64,000 nt of DNA, from the NCBI GenBank assembly GCA_036785375.1, contig JAWMAR010000023.1, positions 682,001 to 746,000 on the forward strand, given 5' to 3'. The position numbers were made by a program, and so were the translations under genes. The notes under the pieces were generated by a model. It was not told where the DNA came from and ran no database searches. It worked only from the letters and a program-made list of their open reading frames with translations. The DNA is from Leucoraja ocellata (Eukaryota). Shown here piece by piece: positions 26,028-37,500 of the stretch (the stretch's first letter is position 1; each line of letters opens with the position of its first letter).

Positions 26028-28305
26028 TTATAAAAGTTTTCTGTAACTACAAATGGAATATTGTTAACACAAAGGAACACAGTTTGAAATATGTTTTGAG
26101 TTTGATTTACAGAAGGCTTTATATTCAACCATTAAAATGTTGTGGTGTTATACCTCAATGATGTCTTAATAGATAACAAATAACTTTCTGCTTATCCACA
26201 TCTCTATATGTTTCAAATCTGCGATTTCTGCTTGATCTCATTCCCTAATGGATAAGTTGAAAGAGAATTTGAAGTGAATTCCAAAGTCGAGCTTTCAGAT
26301 TCAGGAAACACGACAAAAAACCTCTGTTCCAAAGGTGTGTTCAGGTTTCCTCAGGGAGTCATGAGCATTGATAACACAGTGGCAGCATGTTGAACACAAT
26401 CTCAGTGACTAAATTCCCCACACCCTCCCGACTAAAAGGGAAGGAGATATGAGCAATTGCAATACGAAAGTGGCCTCTTCCAACAACTGTGATCACCCAT
26501 AGAGATCTGGAGTCAGCTCCCACTGGGAAACACAGAACTTTTTACAAATAAAAGATAGATACAAAATGCTGCAGTAACTCAGCACATCAGGCTGGACCCT
26601 TCCTCAGACCTGACCCGAAACGTTACTTCTCCATTTTCCCCAGAGATGCTGCCTGACCTGCAGAGTTACTCCAGCATTTTGTCTCCACCTTTTGTATAAA
26701 CCTGCATCTGCAGTTCCTTTTGATCACATTTCTACAAATGAAATTTGGAGTAAAGAAATAAAAGCGCACGCAGACTGTTGTAAATTGTTATTTTGACATT
26801 AATCCAACTTTTGGAACAGAGATTTAAAAAGCAGAATGTGCAAAAAAAGAACACTCAGCAGGTCAGGCAGTATCTATAGAGAGAGAAACAGAGTTAACTC
26901 TTCAGGTCAAAGATTGGTTAAAATAACTTTCTGATGAAGGGTGTTGGACCTGAAATGTTAACTGTTTCTCTACCCATAAATGCTGCCCGACCTACTGAGA
27001 ATTCACAGCAGTTTATGCTATGGTTTCAGGCTTCCAATATTCGCAGATTTTCTTTTATTTTGGCGCAGAGATGCTTCATATGACTATTTAAAAAGGTAGA
27101 AAAACATTAAAATGGGTCTTCTGCAAGAGTAATGCTCAAAGTCTTGATGCAAAAGACAATGTTCCTGGGGTTTTGCACAGTCTAATTAATGTTGGAAGAT
27201 CCAAACGCTGGCATCGTTCTGGTTGTCTGAAACCAATACGAGACAAAACACTATTATCTCAAGAGTTCTCGGAAGCTGGCGAGGTCTATGGATCGCATTA
27301 AATTTAGCAAATACCATTGCCTTTGGGGTTAGGGGGGAGGGGTGCATGAGAGGCAAGTCCGCCAGGGTTGCAACTTATCCATTTGGTAGAGCCATTGTAA
27401 TCTGACAACATCTCAGCTTCCTTTGGGGATGGTTCCTCCATGCTGAGAGGTTAACCAACAGTCCAGTCATGCGTATCCCCATTAACAGGCTTGCACTGAG
27501 GATAGCTTCTCCATGCCAGATATGAGGTCACCCACCACGGACTCTCCCCCTCATTCACCCATTTATTTGCTGCTTTACTAACTATGAAGAAACAATTCAT
27601 AGAAAGCTGGAGAGGGACGCAGTGATTGACTCAATGGCATCTTCAAGAGGGAGGGGGGATGGAGAGATTGTCCAGCACCAGTGCAAAGAGACAGGAATGT
27701 TTTCATCGTTGTGAGAATCTCGTCAGGGTGAACTGGTGCTTGGCTCTCATTCAGTCGATGGTTCCAATCCAATGGGGGGCGGGTGAGCGTGAGGAGAATC
27801 TTGTTTTGTGACAGAGGGTGTGAGCGTAGGGTCCGGCTGGTCAATGCACCAGGCACGGATATCATCCACTGGGGATACCCAGGAGCTCGGAATTAGGTCT
27901 CCGGCAGACCAGGAAGCAGGGGGAGCCAGTCACTGCAAGAGTGGCTGCACTTGGAATTTAGCTATCAAAATTCATTTTGCTACGTAGTTAGCTAGTGGTT
28001 TTTGTTTAAGGTTCATGCCTTTAAATTGCAGGTCTCAATTTGAGGCTCTGTGGGAGGATCGAGGAGGTAGGCGAGGGAAGTGTGAGGATGGTAGGCAGGG
28101 AGGGAATTGGCCATTTTGAGCTTATGGTGTGCTGTGATCAGAGAGACTGTGGCTAGCTTCATCTAGATACACCCAGCTCCTTCCCGTGACTCGTTCCTCT
28201 GACCACAATGTTTCACAGGCCATAGCCAATGTACTGAAAAGAGGGGGGTGGATTCCTGACTAATAGGACAGTCCGTCCTGGAGCAAGTCCCAGGTAGATG
28301 TTGAG

Positions 28306-28586
28306 CTAGACACAGGCCAGTAGTGCCAGCAGGGCTAACAAGATTGCACTGGTGCCCTGGGCAGCCCAGGCGCCATTGTCGCAGGGCAAGGTGTTGAGGT
28401 TAGTGCAGTGGTCCCGGTTCTGGCCAATGCAGGCCGCGTAAGCCATCACGTGCGGGATGTAGTTCTGCTCGTGTACGCTGTGGAAGAGGTGGGCCATCGG
28501 GCCCTTCGCAAATATGGCCACGTCTTCCCCTCCGTGTGTTTCGTGCCTCAACGGTACGGCCGACTGCGCCTGGTAATGGTTCTCAT
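28306..28586 (-). CDS. ALPL: ALPL last coding exon with GPI-anchor signal
   Basis: [19 protein letters not shown] and MAYAACIG motifs, then a small-residue omega region (DNGA) and the hydrophobic tail [12 protein letters not shown]-stop. Confidence 0.96.
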
Positions 28587-31500
28587 CTGTCAAGTGGCAG
28601 CGAGGGAGGGAGGGAGAGAGGGAGAGAGGGAGGGAGGGAGGGAGGGAGGGAGGGAGGGAGGGAGGGAGGGAGGGAGGGTGGAGAAGGTGGGTTGAGCAAC
28701 AGAGGGGGTGCAAAGGGGAAGAATGAGGAAAGCAGCGGGGGGGAGGGGAGAGAGGGAGAAAGGAAGATGAGAAGGCATGGAGTGCAAGGGATGAAAGCCG
28801 AAAGGAAGAAGAGAACAACAGGATTAGACAGGGAAGGAGAGAGAAAGAGAAGCAGACAACAAAAAGGGTGATGGAACAAGGGTGTCAATGAAAGGGGAAC
28901 AAGGAGGAAGAATGAGCAGATGGCAGAGAGGGGAAAGCGGAGGGATTTGGGTAGTAGGGAGACAGAGGGAGAGAAGAGGAGGTATAAAAAAAACAACAAA
29001 ACAAACTGTTAGAATAAACCTCCTCCTGGGTTGGTAAACATGCACCGCCTGCTGGATGTGATGTAGTCTTGTGGACCAGATTCATTTAGTGCACTTTCAA
29101 CGGCAAGATTAGGGGTGGCACGGTGGCTCAGCAGTAGAGTTGCTGCTTTACAGCGCCAGAGGCCCGGGGTTGATCCTGACTATGGGCGCTGTCTGTTTGG
29201 AGTTTGTACGTTCAGCCCGCAACCGCATGAGTTTTCCCCGGGTGTTCCGATTTCCTCCCACACTTTAAAGACGTACAGTTTTGTAGGTTCATTGGTTTCG
29301 GAAAAGATTGTAAATCGTCCCTCGTGTGTAGGGTAGTGTTAGTGTACAGAGTGATTTCAACCTTCTTTGCTCCAGAGGAACCAGTCCCAGCTAACCCAGG
29401 CCCAGCCTATAACTCACGCTCTCTAGTCCAAGCAACATCCTTCTAAAGCTTCTCTGCACCTCTCTAGCTTAATCACATCCTTTCCTTGCCTTCTCTAACA
29501 TGGCGATCAGAACTGCACACAACATTCAAGGTGCAGTCACACCAGCGCTTTGTACAGCTGCGATGTGCCATCCTAATTCTAGTACTCAATGTGCAGGAAA
29601 GAACTGCAGATGCTGGTTTAAAACGGAGAAAGACGCAAAATGTTGGAGTAACTCTGCAGGACAGGCAGCATCTCTGGAGAGAAGGAATGGAGAGAAGTCT
29701 GAAGAAGGGTCTCGACCTGAAATGTCACCCATTCCTTCTCTCCAGAGATGCTGCCTGTCCCGCAGAGTTACTCCAGCATTTTATGTCTATCTTCTATTAC
29801 TCAATGGTCTGTTTGATAAATCATGTCTACCATGTGTATTCTTCATGCGGTTGTCTAACTATGTTGCCCCTTTCAGGAAACTATGCAGTTGTACTCCTAA
29901 GTCTCTCTGTCATACAACTTGCCCCAGGTCCCTGTCATTTACTCTCTTAATCCTGCCTGGTTTTACTTCCCTATAGGTATCACCTCATGCTTGCCTGAGG
30001 TAAATTCTATCTGCCATTCCTTTGCCCATGTTCCCAGTTGATCTAGATCCTGTCCTAACCTTAGACAACATCTTCAACATCCACCACACCACGGTGCCAC
30101 CTGTCATGCCACTGCACACACAGTCTCATGTTTCTCAGCTTCCCTGTTAATGTTTATCGATTTCATGCTTTTTAAACGATTTTCCCACGTCTATCTTTAC
30201 CAACTCGCCCCCATTTTCCAACGTAGTTTGCTGCATTTAATTTTAAGATGCTGTTCTGCTGTTTTATTGTTCTGACAAATGAGATCATATTATGATTGCT
30301 CTTCTCCCGTAGCCTCTAAAATTATCATATAATTATTTATGCGCATCTCATTGCATAATTGGGTTAGTTATCTGCAATTGACTGTAAAGTATGCTAGTCT
30401 ATCTAATTTGAATATTGTAAATAACTCAGAAGACAAATGCAATTCCAGATCTAGGAATTTGATATATCTTTTACTTTAGTTTTGTCTAGTTTAGTTTAGA
30501 GATACAGCATGGAAACAGGCCCTTTGGTCCACCGTGTCTGCACCGACCAGCGATCCCCACACATTAACACTATCCTGCATACACTAGGGGCAATATTACA
30601 ATTATACAAAGCCACTTAGCCTACAAACCTGCACGTCTTTGGAGTGTGGGTGGAAACCTGAGCACCCGGAGAAAACCACGCAGGTCACGATAAAAACATA
30701 CAAACTCCGTGCAGACAAGCACCCGTAGTCAGGATCGAACCTGGGTCTCTGGCGCTTTAGGGTAGCAACTCTACCCTGCGCCACCGTGCATCCAGTTAAC
30801 ATCTCACAGAGGGATATCGGGTAAAAGCATGCTACATGAAAGAACTCCCAATTACAAGAAGTTTATCTCATTGCCCAGACAAGACCATTCCAAAACTTAC
30901 TGATTTCACTCGTTGAAACATTTGCCCTCTCTCCATTTTCCAAGGCATAGCCAGGTCCATTTCCGTAGAGTATCGAGGTGAATGGCCTGTTGTCCACATC
31001 ACTTAAATACGGAGCAAGGCCTGGGAGATAAAATAAAAGAGTCTGAGAAAGTGACACCTACCAACACGTCATGTTTCCTCAGCTCACAGGCGAGCGAAGA
31101 TTTTATGAAACCCAAAATCCTGGGGCACCGCGCGCAACCGCACATCACTGCCTACGCCACCACGCGCCATGCGAGCGTAATGCACGGCATTCGCGCATCA
31201 CGTGCACGTCACGACACGTGCGTCGTGACGCTTAAATGATGCCGCGTAAATGACGTGCAAATGACGCCCAAGTGGGACAGGCCCTTTATAGCGCTTGTTG
31301 CGCTGGGGACCCGGGTTCGATCTCGACTACGGGTGCTGTCTGTATGGAGTTTGTATGTTCTCCCCGAGCCTGCGTGAGTTTTCTCCACGATCTTCAGACT
31401 CCTCCCACACTTCAAAGACATACATGTATGTAGGTTAATTGGCTTGGTGTATGTGTAAATTGTCCCTAGTGTGTGTAAGATAGTGTTAATATGCGGGGAT

Positions 31501-34500
31501 TGCTGGTCAGTGTGGACTCGGTGGGCCTGTTCCCATGCTGTATCTCTAAAACAAAAACTAAAAAAAAACAAAAAATACGCCACAGCCTTGTCTGCTTGAG
31601 AGAAGGAAATTGCTTTTGCTCAATGCACAGCCTCAGATCTAAAAACATTTCATGGCCAAGCAATAACTCAGTCTTGGAAGTGTAAACGTGTAAATGGTTT
31701 TAACGGCAAAACCTCTGACCAATTTGCAGACATTGGATCCCAAAAACAGCACCATGATGGGTTGAAGAATGTACATTGAGCAGGGCTCTGGCAAATCACC
31801 CTTGCACCTCATACATCGGCGAGACCAAACGTAGACTGGGCGATCGTTTCGCTGAACACCGTCGCTCAGCCTGCCTGAACCTACTTGATCTCCCAGTTGC
31901 TAAACACTTTAATTCTCATTCCCATTCCCACACAGACCTTTCTGTCCTAGGTCTCCTCCATTGTCAGAGTGAGGCCAAACGTACATTGGAGGAACAACAT
32001 CTCATATTTCCCTTGGGCAGCTTCCAGACCAGTGGTATGAATATTGATTTCACTAACTTCAAGTAACCCCGGCATTCCCTCTCTCTCTATCCCTCCCCCA
32101 CCCAAGTCACTCCAGCTTCCCGTTTTCACCCAACAAACAGCTAACAATGTTTCCTTTATCATCAATACCTTTTTGCATATCTTTCACTCATTGTTCTTCA
32201 TCTCTCTCCATCATCGTCTATATCTCTCATTTCCCTTATTCCTAACTAGTCTGAAGAAGGGTCTCGACCCGAAACGTCACCCAATCCTTCTCTTTGGAGA
32301 CGCTGCCTGTCCCGCTGAGTTACTCCAGCTTTTTGTGTCTATCTTAGGTTTAAACCAGCATCTGCCTTTCCTTCCTATACACTTATTCGAGTTGTTCCCC
32401 TAGCAACATCTATAGTATATCTACCTAAGGATTTAAATGGTCTCACTTTAATCCATTGTCTGAGAGTCAATGTCATCATGGTGTTATCTCTTTGCTTCTA
32501 TAGTTAACGGTCAAATGGTTTTATGGGACTTGTTGTTATGGGATTTGAATTCAAGACCTTCTGTTGTGTCTTGTTGATTTCTTACAAATATAAGTGCATT
32601 ATGACCAACAGGGGATCAGAAAACCCACGTGGTCATGGCGTTGACAGACAAACTCCGTACAGATAGCATCCATAGTCAGGATTGAACCCGGATCTCTGGC
32701 GCTATTAGGCAGCAACTCTACCACTGTGCCACGGAGCCCTGTTCAAAGTATCCATCCAAAAGTGGTTGCATTTAAAATGCTTAATCAATCCTGAATAACG
32801 CTCCAATATTTAGCATCACTAAACATTGGGCTCCGTCTTAGTGTTCTCCATTTTACCCTTTCCACTGCCCGCATCTTTTTCAAAACCACAAAACAGTGGA
32901 AGAAATGTGAAATAGGATGCCTTCAAAACAACAGAGCATGAGGAGACGGAATGGGTTGAGTTCAGACCATTGACCTGGCAGCTGGGATGCAGGTAGTTTG
33001 AAGGCTGTGGAGTGGGGCCAGTGGTGAATCAAGGGTCCGAGGGCAAGATCATTGGGTGAGAGGGACTAGAACAAGAGGCAAGTGATGGAGCTTAGTGAAA
33101 TTCTTGCGCAGAGTTTCCCAACAAAGGCAAAGTCGCCAACGATGGGCTACGTCCCTGGGCAATGCACTAACAACACTCATGCTGGCGAGCACATCGTGGA
33201 ATTTCTCCAATGATGCAAAGTGACTCCGCATGTCTGAAGAAGGGTTTCGGCCCGAAACGTTGCCTTTTTCCTTCGCTCCATAAATGCTGCTGCACCCGCT
33301 GAGTTTCTCCAGCATGTTTGTGTACCTTCGATTTTCCAGCATCTGCAGTTCCTTCTTAAACAATTGATTGTTATCACGTTTCTTCTCCTGGAAAAATGCA
33401 TATCGAATACCATGGCTATGATATAATTGGCATTCTGCGATTATATTTCCCGCTAAGACTCTTCACATCTATCCTTGTGTACACTGCGAATGCGCTTTTG
33501 GCCTCCTTCCCGTTGTTTTTTGGCACTGGTTGTAGCAGGAATATTTTGAGTGATACCAGGACCAGACATCTGAGACTGCTCTCTTCCCAGGGTTTCAATA
33601 TCTGGCTCCACAGAGCACCATCATAAAAACATGCAATATTTGACTTTGATTTGAGTTTTAACCCTGAAAGCTCCCCAATCCAATGCAAATGACCTGTTCC
33701 ACCACCTGTTTAAGAAGGAACTGCAGATGCAGAAAGCAGACAAAAATTGCTGGAGAAACTCAGCGGGTGAGGCAGCATCTATGGAGAAAAGGAGTAGGCG
33801 ACGTTTCGGGTCGAGACCCTTCTTCGGACTGATGTCGGGTGGAGGCTGGGAAAAAGAAAAGAAGAGGCGGAGACAGTAGGCTATGTGGGAGAGCTGGGAA
33901 GGGGGAGGGGAAGGAGGGAGAAAGCAAGGACTACCAGAAATTAGAGGTCAATGTTCATACCGCTGGGTATGAATGTCCACCACCTTTTGAAAAAGTTGAA
34001 ATAATGGAGTTAAATTGCCCGGGGCACCAGATTAATTGCCAAAGTCACTGTGTTGGACCACAAGTAGCCTAGTCCTGGACTTGTATTCACTTCATATACA
34101 TTCTCAGCTGTTCCACTAGTCCTTTACTGTCCTACATGTCCAATGGATAACCAAGCCTTGCTGCCATCATAATGTCATAAGGAATAATAGGATTAGGCCA
34201 TTCGGCCCATCAAGTCTACGCCATTCAATCATGGCGGATCTATCTCTCCCTCCTATCCCCATTCTCCTGCCTTCTCCCCATAACCTTTGACACCTGTACT
34301 AATCAAGAATCTATCTATCTATGCCTTAAAAATACCCACTGACGGGCTCCACGGCCTTCTGTGGCAAAGAGTTCCACAGATTCACCACCCTCTGACTAAA
34401 GACATTTATCCCCATCTGAGTCACCTCCTTCCTAAAAGAACGTCCTTTGATTCTGAGGCTATGATCTCTAGTCCTAGACTCCCATTAGTGGAAACATCCT

Positions 34501-37500
34501 CTCCACATCCAAGCCTTTCACTCTTCTGTATACGAGTGATACTATGTTTCTGTGCTATGCTTGTTAAATATTGCTGAGGAGGGATGCCAGTTTTGGTAGA
34601 ATGAGTAAGATCCAAATGAGAGGCTGAATGAAGGACAACCCTGCTGCTCAAAGACAGAGTTCCTGCTCAGTAATGTCCAGAGAAGATGGAAACTGCAAAA
34701 TGTCCCAAGAGTGAACATCCTTTGTGCTGGATGAAGAGAGGCTAACAAAGGTTCTCTGTTGCAAAGACCCGTTTCCGTGCTGTATGGCCCTATGACTAAT
34801 TTGAGCCCATGTTTGTGCTCTGAACTAACCGTCCTTGGATCTGTGAGGCAGCAGTTACAATGGCTGTGCCGCTAAGTTGCCCAACGTCAAGGCAGCTCAC
34901 AGCTCAGATAAGCATGAGACCATGTAGCAGATTGATCAGTCCCTTTCAGCTGGAAACTGGCCACCAACAAATGTTGATCCCCAACACATTTGGCCTCAGC
35001 AGCAATTGAAGCGTCAGGTTCCTTCACTGAAGGAGAGCAGTTTGATACTGCATTCCCTCCTTCAATTCACCCAGTTAATTAGTGGATTTCAAAACCACAA
35101 GCTCTTTGACAAAATTCCCAGTGGCACTGGGAGCATTCCCATTGACTGCAGCTTCCCTGTGATACATTTATCCTGAGACTCGCCACGGTCTGTGGGTTGG
35201 AGCTTGAATGACTTACTTCAAATGACTGTGTCAACATGCTGAGCAGACAAACAGCGTGGCTTTAAGTTGACATTTAGGTTGACATGTAAATGCATTCAAG
35301 ATGCACTGGTTTTTCAGTCTGGATTAATGCGCTGGTAAATCTATTCCCAAATCCACAGCAGCAATTTGGTTACATAAAAGACTCTTTATGCTCAATAATT
35401 GGTGAATCTGTGGAATTCATTGCCACAGAAGGCTGTGGAGGGCAAGTCAATGGATATTTTTAAAGCAGAGATAGATAGATTCTTGACTCCGGGTTATGGG
35501 GAGAAGGCAGGAGAATGGGATTGGGAGGGAGAGATAGATCAGGCGTGATTCAATGGCAGAGTAGACCTGATGGGCCGAATGGCCAAATTCTTCTCCTATC
35601 GCTTATGAACATAAACATATAATTGGCTGAATGACAACAAATTATCAAGTTAGCTCCTGAACTCACCAAATATATTGTTTCCTCGAAACGTGTAACCGCC
35701 AAACATAAAGACGTGAGAATGATCAGCGGTGACAACTGTTAATGTATCAGTGTCTCTCGTCAATGTGCCAGCCCTTCCGATGGCTTTGTCCATCTCCACT
35801 GCTTCAAATAGGGCCATCTTAGCTTTGCCTTCATGATGCCCATGGTCTATCCTGCCACCTGCAGATGGAAGCATTCATTCATTAGTATGGGACGCAGCGA
35901 CAGTGCCTTGTAATGCTTCAGTGTTAAAGAGGGGAATGGCCACTCTCTGCAATATTGTACAAAAAGCAACTAAAAGTCTGAAAGATCAACAACAAAAGCA
36001 AGAAGCCCATCCGAACACTGAGGGCTTCCGTAATGAAGGGATGTGTTGCAAAGTCTAGCGAATGGTGTTGGGATGTGGCTCAGTCACACTACAGTGACTG
36101 ATCACTATAGATCATGGCCTTGCTACAGCCAGTGGTAGGGGCACCTGCAAGCAAGATTGGAAATGGGTCTGAGCTGGGGCTGAGATATCTGCAAGAAAGA
36201 TCCTGGTGTCAAAAGGTGGTGATAACTTCTGGGAAGATCAGAGCTGGGGTACAGAGAGGGGGTGATGTCAAAGCATGCAGTGAAAGGAGTGGGCAGAGAG
36301 TGTGGGCGGGTGGGGCAGGTGTTTTCTGGCTTCTGAACCTTCAGCGATTCAATTGGTGTAGAAGTGGGTGGGTGGGTAGAGGGGAGGGATAGGCTCACTA
36401 TTTTGTGAAATGGGCAAAACAAATGATCGCATGTAACCACGTAACCAAAATTCCCATGCAGGGACCACCATTAGCACTCCATTCGCCTAAATGTTGGCCA
36501 ACCATGGTCACACCTGAGACAATTTGGTTTGACTTTTCTAACAGGGATGAAATAATTCACAATTTTTCTGATATCCAGTTCCATCTGCAAAATTAAAACA
36601 ATTTCCTTTAATAAGTTGAAGGAGAGGGGAGGAAGGGGATGTTGGGGTGGGGCGGGGGACCAAACACCACCAGCTTCCTCTGGTGTCAGGGGAGGACAGT
36701 TGCTGGACTGGAGGGATTGATGTGACCCCATGCACTGCTAAGGTGGAAACTGCTTCACTGGTGAATTACTGCAGGAAATGCCCGGACAAGTTTCCAGAGT
36801 CTCGGTAAACCACCGGTAGCCAAGCTCTGCTCCAAGTACAGCCAATGTTCACCAGGTAGAGCCAAATTTCAAGGATGGAATGCGGCAAAAGCAGCACTGA
36901 GATGCTGGAGGACTGTGACTTGAGGTCGGCCTTGTGCACAGAGCCAGGAACATGTGGCTTTGAGTGTAATCTAAAGGTGGCTGCCGCTCCCATGCCGTTT
37001 TAATGGACTTCCCTGCTTCTGACTTTCCCTTCGGAAATAAGGTTGAGGTTGGTGGTGACTGAGCCACAGGTCTCCTCACACACCAGAACACTCAGGCTGC
37101 TGGCAGTCTCTCCCACCCATTTGAAACTTCTTGCCATCTGACAAAAATATTAAAGGGAATTTTCTTGCTTTTCTGTTCCCAAAGTCGAGTTCCTGCCGTC
37201 GGGATGGTGCATCCGAATAAATAGATGGCGGAGCCAACATCAGTTCCGACTCTAACTATAATGTGTTTTCCTAAATCACATCATAACCTGTGGTATTTCT
37301 GAATCCAGCCGAACTGCAAGACCTAACTTGTAATGTTCTTAACCATTGCGTGAGAGATTTCAAGTTCTAATTCTGACGCTAATTATTCTGAACTTTAATA
37401 TTCTGTGTGTGTGTGTGTGATATTATTCTGTAATATGCTGACCTGTAATATTCCTTGTCGTCAATCTCCCCTCCACCTTCTCCTGCCTCCCCCCCCCCCC

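Noticed and set aside
28408-29085. Several ORFs rich in Pro/Ser/Leu or Gly/Arg/Glu
   Set aside because: Low-complexity (GGGA)n read-through; only 28306-28586 on the minus strand is coding.
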